Part shown: in pieces, positions 21,888 through 33,086 of the stretch
How positions within the stretch are numbered: position 1 is the stretch's first letter
Layout: the number at the start of each line of letters is the position of its first letter
NCBI GenBank assembly: GCA_963737655.1
Contig: CAVTTN010000002.1
Location: forward strand, 6,208,001-6,272,000
DNA: 64,000 bases
Reading direction: 5' to 3'
DNA from: an uncultured Planctomycetota bacterium
Lineage (GTDB): Bacteria; Planctomycetota; Planctomycetia; Isosphaerales; Isosphaeraceae
Position numbers and translations under genes: made by a program
The notes under the pieces: generated by a model
What the model was told of the DNA's origin: nothing
Database searches by the model: none
The model's input: the letters and a program-made list of their open reading frames with translations, nothing else

Positions 21888-22703
21888 ATGGTCACCGAAC
21901 GCATCCGGGCGATGCTGGAGTCTTGCGAGGCGGGGCGGTCTCCGTTCCCCCCGACGGAGCTTTTCAATGAGAACTGGCTGCTTCGGCTGATTTTGGACTG
22001 GTTCGCGACGAGTCGCGAGGAACCCCATCCTCTGGCCCCCCTGGAGGGGGCGTCGTGGTTCTCGGAGGCCCTCTTGCCCTCGGCGTTCTTGCCCCGATAT
22101 CGCGGCGACCGCTTGGCCGAGTCTCGCACCCATGCCGATGGCCTGATCGGTCATCTGAACGTGGGCCGACGCGCCGCCACCGACCTGGCGCTCCGTCCCG
22201 ACGCCCGCCAGTTCGTCGTGGTCGAGGCCAAGATCGCCGGGAGACTCTCGCCGGGGGTCAAGAATGCCCCGAATTTTGACCAGGCGGCGCGAACCGTCGC
22301 GTGCATGGCCGAGGTCCTCCGCCGGGCCGATTGCCCGCCGACGAGCCTCGACCGCCTCGGGTTTGTGGTGACCGCGCCCCGATCGCGGATCGAGGAGGCG
22401 GCGTTCGAGGAGGAATTCTCGGCCAAGTCGATCCGAAGGAAGGTCCAGCATCGGCTGGAAGGGTATGCCGGGACGCTCGACCCTTGGTTCGAGTCGTGGT
22501 TCGATCCGACGTTGAAGCGATTGGACCTGTCGCTGGTCTCGTGGGAAGATCTGATCGAGGACATCGCGATGGACGACATGGCGTCGGGCCAGGTCATCGA
22601 CAGCTTTTATGGGCAATGCTTGAGCTTCAGCCGCAAGAAGCGGGGCGACGCCCCCGAGAGGTGGACCGTCCCGGCGTGGGCCTGCCCGCCGAGCCGGTCG
22701 TGA
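21888..22703 (+). CDS. Hypothetical protein with PD-(D/E)xK-like motif
   Basis: THADGLIG ... FVVVEAK ... DQAAR. Confidence 0.55.
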   Translation: MVTERIRAMLESCEAGRSPFPPTELFNENWLLRLILDWFATSREEPHPLAPLEGASWFSEALLPSAFLPRYRGDRLAESRTHADGLIGHLNVGRRAATDLALRPDARQFVVVEAKIAGRLSPGVKNAPNFDQAARTVACMAEVLRRADCPPTSLDRLGFVVTAPRSRIEEAAFEEEFSAKSIRRKVQHRLEGYAGTLDPWFESWFDPTLKRLDLSLVSWEDLIEDIAMDDMASGQVIDSFYGQCLSFSRKKRGDAPERWTVPAWACPPSRS

Positions 22704-22740
22704 TTGCGACGTGACGAGGTGAGGTGAGACGGTATCGGAT

Positions 22741-22787
22741 GGTGCATTTCATGCACCCTACACAATGGTGCATTTCATGCACCCTAC
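22741..22787 (-). repeat. Tandem GTAG-REP doublet upstream of lysA
   Basis: Two copies of GGTGCATTTCATGCACCCTAC. Confidence 0.9.
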
Positions 22788-22796
22788 GAGAGGATC

Positions 22797-24083
22797 ATGG
22801 ACCCCTTCCACTACCGAGACGGCCGATTGTTCTGCGAGGAGACCGCCGTGGCCGACCTGGCCGAGCGGTTCGGCACCCCCCTTTACGTCTACAGCCAGGC
22901 GGCGATCCTGGGGCAGTTGAAGGCCCTCCAGGAGGCGTTCGCCGAGGTCGATCCGCTGGTCTGCTACTCCGTGAAGGCGAACTCGAACCTGGGCATCCTC
23001 AAGGTCATGGCGGCCCACGGCAGCGGGTTCGACGTGGTCTCCGGCGGCGAGCTCTACCGCGTGGGGCTCGCGGGCGGCGACGCCTCGAAGACCGTGTTCG
23101 CCGGCGTCGGCAAGACCGATGGGGAGATCTCCGAGGGTTTGAAGGCCGGCGTCCTGATGTTCAACGTCGAGAGCGAGGCGGAGCTCGAAGCGATCTCGCG
23201 GGTGGCCCTGTCGCTCGGCAAGGTCGCGCCGATCGCCCTCCGGGTGAATCCGGACGTCGATCCGAAGACGCATCGGTACATCTCGACGGGCAAGAAGGAG
23301 TCGAAGTTCGGGATGGACATCGCCCGCTCGCTCGCCCTGGCCTCGGCGATCGTGGGGCGATCCGAGCTGTCGATGATCGGCATGCACATGCACATTGGTT
23401 CGCAGATCACCACGGTCGAGCCCTACGCCGGGGCGGTGGCCAAGGGCGTCGAGATCATCGCGAAGCTGAAGGAGATGGGCCACCCGATCCGGTGGTACAA
23501 CATGGGAGGAGGCTACGGGATCGCCTATCGAGGCCCGGAGGCGAGGCCGGTGGCGGAGTTCGCCCGCGCGATCGTGCCGGGTTTGCGGGCGAGCGGATGC
23601 CGGATGGCGATGGAGCCGGGCCGGGTGATCGCGGGGAACGCGGGCGTGCTGGTCAGTCGTGTGTTATATACGAAGAGGTCGGGCGAGAAGCGGTTCCTGA
23701 TCCAGGACGCCGCGATGAACGACCTGATCCGCCCGGCCCTGTACGAGAGCTTCCACCGGATCTGGCCGGTGGACGTCCCGGACGGCCTGCCCGCACCTCC
23801 CGTCGATTACGAGGCCGAGATCCCCGGGACCGAGCCGTGGGACGTGGTCGGCCCGGTCTGCGAATCGGGGGATTTCCTGGCGAAGGACCGGGCGCTTCCC
23901 GCCCTGGATTCGGGCGACCTGCTGGCGATCTTCTCGGCCGGGGCGTATGGGATGGTCATGGCCTCGAACTACAACACCCGCCCCCGGGCCGCCGAGATCC
24001 TGGTCGAGGGGGCGGAGGCCAGGGTGGTCCGGCGTCGGGAGACTTACGAGGACCTGGTCCGGGCGGAGATGGGCGGAGGGTGA
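22797..24083 (+). CDS. lysA: Diaminopimelate decarboxylase
   Basis: GTPLYVY, YSVKAN (PLP Lys), HIGSQI, GGG, EPGR, GPVCESGD, GAYG..M.SNYN. Confidence 0.97.
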   Translation: MDPFHYRDGRLFCEETAVADLAERFGTPLYVYSQAAILGQLKALQEAFAEVDPLVCYSVKANSNLGILKVMAAHGSGFDVVSGGELYRVGLAGGDASKTVFAGVGKTDGEISEGLKAGVLMFNVESEAELEAISRVALSLGKVAPIALRVNPDVDPKTHRYISTGKKESKFGMDIARSLALASAIVGRSELSMIGMHMHIGSQITTVEPYAGAVAKGVEIIAKLKEMGHPIRWYNMGGGYGIAYRGPEARPVAEFARAIVPGLRASGCRMAMEPGRVIAGNAGVLVSRVLYTKRSGEKRFLIQDAAMNDLIRPALYESFHRIWPVDVPDGLPAPPVDYEAEIPGTEPWDVVGPVCESGDFLAKDRALPALDSGDLLAIFSAGAYGMVMASNYNTRPRAAEILVEGAEARVVRRRETYEDLVRAEMGGG

Positions 24084-24155
24084 GGGACGACGGACCTTGG
24101 TGAGTGGGTGGGACCGCCGATGGGGATGGATGGCGGCCGTCGGCCGCCGCTTGTC

Positions 24156-24202
24156 GGTGCATTTCATGCACCCTACACGACGGTGCATCGCATGCACCCT
24201 AC
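24156..24202 (-). repeat. Tandem GTAG-REP doublet downstream of lysA
   Basis: GGTGCATTTCATGCACCCTAC-ACGAC-GGTGCATCGCATGCACCCTAC. Confidence 0.9.
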
Positions 24203-24213
24203 GGGACCTTGAT

Positions 24214-26522
24214 ATGATCGCCTTTGATCGACGCTCGGTTCCGAGGCGGCTGGCGGTCGCCCTGGTCATGGTGGTTGGGGCGTCGTCGGCATTCGGCCAG
24301 AACGCGCCGGGGCCGGAGACGTTCGCCCGGCCTCCGAAGACGCCCCTGGAGTTCTGGGAGGCGGCCGATTACCTCGTCCGCTCGGGCCAGGCGCCCCTGG
24401 CCGCCCCGTATTTGCGGGCCTTCCTCAAGGCGAATCCCGATGACGCGGTCTATCTGACGATCCGGGACCGCTACGGGCCCGGGTCGGTCCTGAACCTCGA
24501 CCGCGACCCGGCCACCGCGCCGATGGCCGCGCCGATCCTCCAGAACATGCAGGCGGCGATCCGCCGCAACGCGACCGACCCGACTCGCCTGGCCCGGTTC
24601 GTCCAGATGCTCACCAAGGGTTCGGCCGAGAGGGATTACGCCGTCGATCGGCTCCGAGAGGCCGGCTCGTTCGCGGTCCCGGCGCTGGTCCAGGCGCTGG
24701 GCGACCCGTCCGTGACGCCGGAATCCCGGGCGGCGATCGTCACGGGGATGGGCCGGCTCGATCGCTCGGCCGTCCCGGGCCTGATCGGCGTCCTGGGTTC
24801 CCCGGATTTGAGGCTCGGCGCCGACGCGGCCGAGGCGTTGGGGAGGATCGGCGACGTCCGGGCGGTGCCGTTCCTGACGTACCCGGCGGCGTGGAAGGAG
24901 GCCTCGGGCCTTCGCGACTCGGCCCGGAAGGCGATCGAGGCGCTGACCGGCAGGCCGTTCGAGTTCCAACCCCAGGCCGCGGTGCGGGTCCTGGCCGATC
25001 AGGCGTGGGATTACCACCGCCACAAGGGGGCGATGGCCGCCGAGCCGACCGAACTCTGGCTCTGGGAAGGCGAGACCCCGCCGACGATGCGGGTCGTCCC
25101 GAAGACGGCGGCCGAATCGATCCTCGGAGGCCGGTTCGCCCGCGAGGCCCTGTCGCTCGACCCGTCCGACCGTTCGGCGCAGGTGGCCCTGGTCAGCCTG
25201 GCCCTGGAAAAGGCCGCCGAACGGGACGGAGTGGGCGTGGTGGCCGAGCGCGACCCCTCGGGCGCGTTCGCCGCGGCCGTGGCCGCGGGGCCCGAGGTGC
25301 TCTCGTCCGTCCTTCGGGCCGCGATGGCCGACGGTCACGGCACCCTGGCCGCCGAGGCGTGCCTGGCGTTGGGGAAGGTCGCCGATCGCGACGCCCGGGG
25401 GACTCCCGAGCGGTTCAGCCCCCTGGTCGAGGCCCTCAGCGACCCCGATCGGCGGGTCCAGTACGCGGCGGCGTCGGCCCTGGTGGACATGAACCCGACC
25501 CGTCCGTTCCCCGGTTCCAGTCGCGTGGTCCCGATGCTCGCCCGGTTCGTGACCAACCGCGCGATCCGGGCCCTGGTCATCGACGGCAACGCGATCCGGG
25601 GGAACACGACGGTCCAGGTCCTCCAGCAGATCGGCTACGATACCACGTTGGCGGAGTCCGGGCCCGAGGCATTCCGCGAGGCCGTGAGCAACGCCGACGT
25701 CGAGCTGATCTTGCTCGAGCCCTCCCAGCTCCAGGGGGCGTGGACCGCCAACGACACGATGACCAACCTCCGGGCCGACGCCCGGACGGCCGGCATCCCG
25801 ATCTTCCTGTACGGCCCCCTGCGGTCTCAGGACCGGATTGACGGGCTGTTGAAGCGATTCCCGAGGGTGGCGTTCGTGGTCAGCCCGGTCGAGCCGAACC
25901 TGTCGAGGGAGCAGATCGGCCGGGGCTCTCGGCGATGGGCACCCGTCCGCTCTCGACCGAGGAGAGGATCGGGTTCGCCCAGGGCGCGGCGGCGATGCTG
26001 GCCCAGGTCGCCTCCCGGCCCAACAGCCCGTTCGCCGGCCAGATCCCGGCGATCGAGCCGTACCTCGCGCAGGCGCTCTCGGCCCCGGCGGCGCCCTATG
26101 CGGTGGCCGCGCTGGGGGACGTTCCGGGCGTCGACGCGCAACGCAGCCTGGCCGATGTCCTGCTCGATGCTTCCCGTCCGCCGGCCCTCCGCCTGGGGGC
26201 GGCCCGGTCCCTGGCCAGGAGCGTCCAGAGGTTCGGCCCGTTGTTGAGCGACCTCCAGGAACGCAAGCTGGTGGCCGACCTGGGCGTGGAGGCCGACCCG
26301 TCGCTCAAGGCGGCGATCGCCTCGGTCATCGGGGCCCTCAAACCCGCTCCTCCGGCCGCCGGCCAGAGGCTCCGGGCTTATCAACCGCCGGCCCGGGCCG
26401 CCGCCTCGGCGACGCCTCCGCCCCCGCCCCCGCCGGCCCAGGCGCCTCCTCCGGCCGGAGGAGACGTCCCCCCCGCCGAAAACGCGCCCGCCCCGGAGGA
26501 GGCCGCCAAGCCCGGATCCTGA
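24214..26522 (+). CDS. Exported HEAT-repeat protein with a receiver-like domain; frameshift near 25922-25925
   Basis: Signal peptide, HEAT/PBS motifs (AAEALGRIGDVRAVP, LSDPDRRVQYAAA), REC-like RALVID..ELILLE..LRADARTAGIPI. Continues in the 25935 frame to a Pro-rich tail. Confidence 0.72.
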
Positions 26523-26711
26523 ACCCCGCTCACCTCGCTTGCAAGTCGATGGACCGTTCTCGTCCGGATCGTGATTGACCCCCGTCTTCGACGGCTCTCC
26601 CCCGTCGGCGATGCCCCAGCACCCAGGAATCGGTCTTCTTCGACCGGGAGGGGCCGGAACCTCGCCCCGAGTCGTTGCGAGGCCCGGCCCCGGGAAGGAC
26701 GCGCCGAATCG

Positions 26712-27839
26712 ATGGCCAGCCCCTACGACCGGACACCTCCTCCAAGATTCGCCGCCTCGGCCGCCCCGACCGGCCCCGACATGGCCCTCCCCGGGGTGAT
26801 CGGCGCGGGCTCGGCCATGCGCGAGGTCGCCCGGGTGACCCGCAAGGTCGCCCCCAGCCGCGCCTGCGTCCTGATCGTCGGCGAGACCGGCACCGGCAAG
26901 GAGCTGATCGCCCGCGCGATCCACGACCTCAGCCCCCGTCAATCCGGCCCGTATATCCGCGTGAACTGCGGGGCCCTGACCGAAAGCCTCCTGGAGAGCG
27001 AGCTGTTCGGCCACGTCAAGGGGTCGTTCACCGGGGCCGTCGATAACCGCACCGGGCGGTTCGAGGCCGCCCACACCGGCAGCATCTTCCTCGACGAGAT
27101 CAACAGCACCAGCCCGAAGTTCCAGGTCAAGCTCCTGAGGGTCCTTCAGGAGGGGGAGTTCGAGCGAGTCGGCGACACCCGGACGTTCAAGGTCGATACC
27201 CGGTTCATCGCCGCCACCAACCGCGACCTCCTCGACGAGATCGACGCCGGGCGGTTCCGCGAGGATTTGTACTACCGCCTGAACGTCGTGCCGATCTACT
27301 TGCCCCCTCTCCGCGAGCGCCGGGACGACATCCCGTTACTCGTGGCCTTCTTCCTGAAGAAATATGGCGAGCAGAACCGGAGGGACGTGAAGAGCGTCCA
27401 CCGGGAGGCGATGCGCCTCCTGATCGACCACGACTGGCCGGGGAACGTCCGCGAGTTGCAGACGAACATCGAGCAAGCGGTGGTCCTGGGCGACGGCCCC
27501 GAGCTCCTGCCCGAGCACCTGCCTCCGCAGCTCCGGGGCGAGGCCCCGCCCCGGCCGATCCGGGCCCAGAGGGGGGACATGGCCACCCTCTGCGCCGAGC
27601 TCGTCCGCCAGGGGATCGTCGCCGCCGGCCCTCTGGCCGACGACCTTCACGGGCGGATCGTCGGCCAGGTCGAGCGCGAGCTGATCCAGCAGGTCTTGAC
27701 CCAGTGCGACCGGGTCCAGATCAAGGCGGCGGCCCGCCTGGGGATCAACCGGAACACGCTCCACAAGAAGATCAGCGAGTTCAAGATCGAGTCCAACGGC
27801 GAGGCGACCCCGGCCACCCCGTCGGGGGACGAGGAGTAA
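26712..27839 (+). CDS. Sigma-54-dependent enhancer-binding protein (AAA+ plus Fis HTH) with no N-terminal sensor domain
   Basis: GETGTGKE, ESELFGHVKGSFTGA, FLDEI, DLYYRLNV, WPGNVREL, AARLGINRNTL. Confidence 0.92.
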   Translation: MASPYDRTPPPRFAASAAPTGPDMALPGVIGAGSAMREVARVTRKVAPSRACVLIVGETGTGKELIARAIHDLSPRQSGPYIRVNCGALTESLLESELFGHVKGSFTGAVDNRTGRFEAAHTGSIFLDEINSTSPKFQVKLLRVLQEGEFERVGDTRTFKVDTRFIAATNRDLLDEIDAGRFREDLYYRLNVVPIYLPPLRERRDDIPLLVAFFLKKYGEQNRRDVKSVHREAMRLLIDHDWPGNVRELQTNIEQAVVLGDGPELLPEHLPPQLRGEAPPRPIRAQRGDMATLCAELVRQGIVAAGPLADDLHGRIVGQVERELIQQVLTQCDRVQIKAAARLGINRNTLHKKISEFKIESNGEATPATPSGDEE

Positions 27840-27842
27840 CCC

Positions 27843-28682
27843 TCACCGACCGGCCGCAAGCAGCCCGGAGGCCCATTCGGCGTCCTCGTCCGAGAGCGGA
27901 GGGACCGGAGGCCGGGAGTAATCGACGGCACCTCGGTGGTAGGGGCCTGCGTCGTAAACCATGTCGAAGACGCTCTGCAAATCCAAAAGCATCTCCGGCT
28001 CCGACTCCTTCAGGGGCACGACGATGCAGGGCAGAGGCTCCCGGACTCGGATCGGGAAGGCGATGGAGCCGGGATCGTCGCCCCGTCGCCTCCACGATCG
28101 GCTGACCAGGACGAGGTAATCGGGCCGGGGCGAGAGGACGCGGACCGCCTCTTCCAGATACGCGTCGGGCAGAGGGCGACGCCCCCGACGAACCAGGTCG
28201 ATCTCGACGAGGCTGGCATCGCTCTTCAAGATCTCTCGCTGCTTCTTGCGATAAGCCTGACGCCCCGCGCCAGCCTTCTTGTTCCAGGGGCTGACGATCT
28301 CCATCAGGGTGATCAGCTTGTGCCCCTGGGCCGGGTCGCGGATCTCCAGGTAATAATGACGGACGGCTTCCGTTTCGGGTCGAGGGAACTCGACCCAGGG
28401 GGAGGCGGTCGTCCGGCCCTGGGCCGGGTCGGTCGTCGCGATGGCCGAGGACGGCGAAGCTCGGCCCTGGAGGACCAGGACATCGGGGACGATCGTCTTG
28501 CCGGGGCCGTCGGCCTCGTCGGCGATCCCGACCTCGGTCCGGAGCTCGACCCGGGCGTAATACGGCGACGGGAGCCTGCGATTCAAGGCCCCGCGAAGCG
28601 CCGAGGCCAGGGAGGCGTGGAAATCCGGCCAGGTCCGCGGGTCTTCCAGGTACGGGTCCATCCCCGGGAACGGCGACGGCAT
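27843..28682 (-). CDS. DUF4058 family protein
   Basis: MPSPFPGMDPYLE, PDV, EIVSPWNK, LVEIDL, LDLQ. Confidence 0.9.
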   Translation of the reverse strand: MPSPFPGMDPYLEDPRTWPDFHASLASALRGALNRRLPSPYYARVELRTEVGIADEADGPGKTIVPDVLVLQGRASPSSAIATTDPAQGRTTASPWVEFPRPETEAVRHYYLEIRDPAQGHKLITLMEIVSPWNKKAGAGRQAYRKKQREILKSDASLVEIDLVRRGRRPLPDAYLEEAVRVLSPRPDYLVLVSRSWRRRGDDPGSIAFPIRVREPLPCIVVPLKESEPEMLLDLQSVFDMVYDAGPYHRGAVDYSRPPVPPLSDEDAEWASGLLAAGR

Positions 28683-28741
28683 GGGTACTTCCTCCGGTCG
28701 TCTTTCCGACGATCTTACCGCGCCCGGCCTCTCCTCGGAAA

Positions 28742-29629
<888 letters not shown>

Positions 29630-29708
29630 GAGAGGGTCAATCAAGGTGGGGGGCGATACCAGCCTGTCCGCTCCAGTGTATCCCGCGGATCGTCGGGGCG
29701 CGGCGGGG

Positions 29709-30761
29709 TCACCGGAACAGCGCCGCCTCGATCGCCAGGCCGGGTCCGAAGGCCATCGCCACGCAGGGGCGGGGGGCGTCCTTTCGCTTCAGGCGGTCGA
29801 GGATGAACAGGATCGTCGGCGAGGACATGTTCCCGCACGAGGCGAGGACCTCTCGGGACTCCTTCAGGGCGTCCGAGGCGAGCCCGAGAGCCTCGTCCAC
29901 GGCGTCCAGGACCCTCGGGCCTCCCGGGTGGACGGCCCACGAGCCGATCTCCTCGATCGTCAGCCCGTGTTTTCCGAGCCAGGAGCCGAGCCAGGGGCGC
30001 AGATGCTCGCCGATCAGGCCGGCGACCCGGGGCGAGAGGGTCATCTCGAAGCCGAGGTCGCCGATCGTCCAGGACATCGCGTCCTCGGTCCCCGGGACGA
30101 GGCACGAGCCGCTCGCCCCGAGCGACCAGCCGCCCCCCGTCCCGGAACCCACGCCGACCAACGCCGCCGAGCCGTCGGAGAACAGGGCGTTGGAGACGGC
30201 GATCTCCGATTCGGTGGCATCGCGGAAATGCAGGCTGCACAACTCGGCCGCGCAGAGGAGGACTCGGGCCGATTCGTCGCTCTCGGCCAGGGCGCGGGCG
30301 ACCCTCAGGCCGTTCAGGGCGCCATGGCAGCCCATGAAGCCGACGTGGGTCCTCTGGACCATGGGCGACAGCCCGAGGTCGCGGATCAGCCCGAGGTCGA
30401 AGCCCGGGGCCGAGAACCCGGTGCAGGAGACCGTCACGAGATGAGAGATCGAGAGCGGATCGGCCCCGGAATACTCCAGCGCGCGGCTCGCGGCCTTCCT
30501 CGCCAGGGGGCGGACGCGCTCGTCATAATGCCTCATCCGCCATCGGGTTGAGGCGGCCATCGCCTGGGCCGGGTCGATGGCCGGGGCGTCGAGGACCGTC
30601 ACGAACCGCTTGCGGATGCCGGTCCGGCGATACAGGGCGGCCAGCCGTCGGCCTTCGGGCTCGGAATGGCCGGCGATCCGGCTGGTCCACGCCGCGGCGT
30701 CGGCCTGGGAGATGGCCGTCTCCGGCAGGGCGGTCCCCAGCCCCTCGATTTGGAAGCTCAT
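29709..30761 (-). CDS. Type III polyketide synthase
   Basis: Catalytic triad in MGCHG, VHPGG and GNMSS; VSCTG, ELCSLH, AFGPGL. Confidence 0.93.
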   Translation of the reverse strand: MSFQIEGLGTALPETAISQADAAAWTSRIAGHSEPEGRRLAALYRRTGIRKRFVTVLDAPAIDPAQAMAASTRWRMRHYDERVRPLARKAASRALEYSGADPLSISHLVTVSCTGFSAPGFDLGLIRDLGLSPMVQRTHVGFMGCHGALNGLRVARALAESDESARVLLCAAELCSLHFRDATESEIAVSNALFSDGSAALVGVGSGTGGGWSLGASGSCLVPGTEDAMSWTIGDLGFEMTLSPRVAGLIGEHLRPWLGSWLGKHGLTIEEIGSWAVHPGGPRVLDAVDEALGLASDALKESREVLASCGNMSSPTILFILDRLKRKDAPRPCVAMAFGPGLAIEAALFR

Positions 30762-31654
30762 CGGCGGGCCGACTCCTCTCCCGCCAGCGCGAGCGATTCC
30801 GAGGCCTCGATCGGCCGGGTCGCGGTCATCAGGCCGTAGCGCATCGAGCCGGTCTCGTAGGCCATCCAGATCCGGAACAGGGTCAGGGCAAAGATCCGGT
30901 CCGGATTCTCGGGCGAGAGCAGGAACCGTCGATAGGACCGATCTCGGGCCAGGCCCTTGATCGTCCTCCAGGCGCAGAGGGGCCAGGTCTTCTTGACCTG
31001 TTGGCTCAGATCCTCGACGCCCGAGGGTTCCAGCCCCGCCTCTCGGGCCAGTTCGAGGTACTCGTCGGCCGAGCCCATCCCCGGCAGGCGGCCTTCCCGG
31101 CAGATCGGTTCCAGCAAATGGCGGACCTCCCACTTCCGAGGGCGAGGCGTCGCCAGCCAGGCGCAGACCACCAGCCGGCCTCCCGGCTTCAGCACTCGCC
31201 GGGCCTGGGCGAAGAACCCCGCCTTGTCCGCCATGTGCTCCGAGCTCTCGATGGCGATGGCCGCGTCGAACGAGGCGTCGGGCAGGTCGTTGGCGAGCCA
31301 GTCCCCCAGGACATACTCGGGGTTCTCGGCCGACGGATCAACCCCCCGAGCATGATTCAGTTGGACGGGGGAGACCGAAAGGGCCGTGACGGTCGCGCCG
31401 AAGTCCCGGGCCAGGAGCCGGGCGGTTCCCCCGTAGCCGCAACCGATGTCGCAGACCGAGTTCCCCGGGGCGATCCCGGCGCGGTCGGCCACCAGGGCGG
31501 TCAGGGCGCGGACGGCCTCCTCGGGACTCTCCTGGCCGGTGGTCCAGAGGCCGTGGTGGACGTGCTCGCCCCAGATCTCTCGATAGAAGCGGTCGAGCTG
31601 ATCATAATGGGCGGCCACGGCGTCGCGATCGACTTCCGTCCGTGGGACGATCAT
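30758..31654 (-). CDS. SAM-dependent methyltransferase (tocopherol/sterol C-methyltransferase-like)
   Basis: HYD..FYREIWGEHVHHGLW, DIGCGYGG, IESSEHM, LKPGG; overlaps the PKS start by 4 nt. Confidence 0.85.
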   Translation of the reverse strand: MIVPRTEVDRDAVAAHYDQLDRFYREIWGEHVHHGLWTTGQESPEEAVRALTALVADRAGIAPGNSVCDIGCGYGGTARLLARDFGATVTALSVSPVQLNHARGVDPSAENPEYVLGDWLANDLPDASFDAAIAIESSEHMADKAGFFAQARRVLKPGGRLVVCAWLATPRPRKWEVRHLLEPICREGRLPGMGSADEYLELAREAGLEPSGVEDLSQQVKKTWPLCAWRTIKGLARDRSYRRFLLSPENPDRIFALTLFRIWMAYETGSMRYGLMTATRPIEASESLALAGEESARR

Positions 31655-31729
31655 GGATGAGGGGTCTCAACGATTCGGGGGCCGACGACGGCCCGTCGGC
31701 GAAGGCGGGCGGAGGGAGGGGACGTCGGG

Positions 31730-31747
31730 TTCTGTTATATAACGGAA
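31730..31747. promoter_or_regulatory. Near-perfect AT-rich palindrome in a divergent intergenic region
   Basis: TTCTGTTATATAACGGAA, one mismatched pair. Confidence 0.35.
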
Positions 31748-31908
31748 CGCGGCCGACCGACAGGGCCCGGGAATTCCGGGGCGGCCGATCGGGGCCGGTT
31801 GCGACAATTCCGCCTGTTCCCCCGGCCGGATTTCCGATAAGATATTCGGTGAGATCGACCGAAAGCGTGGGACCGCCCGGGATGCGGGCTTCGAGGGGGA
31901 AGCCGTCC

Positions 31909-33084
31909 ATGGCTAATCGAAGGAGGCGACCGAAGGCGGGACGGATCGGGGTGGACCCCCTGGAAGGGCGCCACCTGCTCAGCGGATTCGGGGCGTCCTG
32001 GTCGCCGCCCTCCGCCCCCGCGCCGGTCATCCAGCATGCCATCGAGGCCCATTTCGCCGCCGAGGAGGCGTCGGGATCGACCGCGGGGGTCGGGGCGATC
32101 GCCTCGATCGGGATCCCCCTGAGCGATCCCCGGACCCTGATGATCGCCGCCCCGTTCCATGGGGGATTTGGCGGGTTCAACGGCGACGGCAGCCCGGTCC
32201 CGTCCCTCCGGGGCCTGACGGCCCGGCCGTTCCAGGTCCAGCTCTCGATCTCGACCTCGACCGACGGGTCGGAGGACCCGGGCAACGGCCCCGACGGCTC
32301 GCCCGGCCCCGGGCCAGGCCCGACCCTCGCCCGGCCGGATCTCAGCGTGCTGGAGGCCGTCCAGGCGATGATGGACGGATTCCATCACCGCGACGGCTTC
32401 GGCTTCGGCGGCGATCCGTCCCAGACGAATTCCCCGGCCCTCGCGCCCATGCCCGCGCCCCCGTCCGCCACCTTGCTGACGGCCCCGCCCTCGGCCAATT
32501 CGGTCGAGACCGCCGCCCATCACGGCTCCGCCCGGTCCGGGCCGAACCCCTCGTTCGTGGCCGTGATGACGACGAATCTGCCCCAGGCAGAGGCCTCGCC
32601 GGCCATCGCCTCGTCGTCCGGCGCCCGCGGGGCGACCTCCGGACCGATCGCCCCGGTCCTGCCGATCCCGCCGGACTCGGCCCCCGACCGGTCCGCCGGC
32701 GCCGCGATCTCCGACGCCCGGACCGCCCTGAGGCCCGTTTCCGAGACCTCCGGCGAGCCCGGTTCCGAGATTCCCGACCCCCGAGGCTCGGACCTCCTGG
32801 CCGACTTCGTCCCGGGCGACCGCGGCGCCCTGGAGCAGGCCGTGGATCGATTCCTCGACGGCCTGGACGACCTGGGAATGGCGCCGTCCTGGCTCCATGA
32901 CGCCTCCGGAGCCATCCCCGCCCCGGCCGTCTGGGCCGCCGCCATCGTGGCCCTGGAGCTCGGCCGCCGCCAGTGGAAACGGCTCCGCCAGGAAACCGAG
33001 GAGAGCGCCGATCGCCCGGCCGATCCCGCCTCCGGCCTGGGATTCGCCGGATGGCCCGGGTCGTGGTCCGCGAGGGTCCCCTGA
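31909..33084 (+). CDS. Low-complexity protein with LEPR-XLL-type planctomycete N-terminus and C-terminal membrane segment
   Basis: MANRRRRPKAGRIGVDPLEGRHLLS, P/S/A-rich middle, AVWAAAIVALELGRRQWKR. Confidence 0.65.
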   Translation: MANRRRRPKAGRIGVDPLEGRHLLSGFGASWSPPSAPAPVIQHAIEAHFAAEEASGSTAGVGAIASIGIPLSDPRTLMIAAPFHGGFGGFNGDGSPVPSLRGLTARPFQVQLSISTSTDGSEDPGNGPDGSPGPGPGPTLARPDLSVLEAVQAMMDGFHHRDGFGFGGDPSQTNSPALAPMPAPPSATLLTAPPSANSVETAAHHGSARSGPNPSFVAVMTTNLPQAEASPAIASSSGARGATSGPIAPVLPIPPDSAPDRSAGAAISDARTALRPVSETSGEPGSEIPDPRGSDLLADFVPGDRGALEQAVDRFLDGLDDLGMAPSWLHDASGAIPAPAVWAAAIVALELGRRQWKRLRQETEESADRPADPASGLGFAGWPGSWSARVP

Positions 33085-33086
33085 TC

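Noticed and set aside
22741..22787. Direct repeats as a possible mini-CRISPR
   Set aside because: Only two units with a 5-nt spacer and no cas genes; fits a REP doublet.
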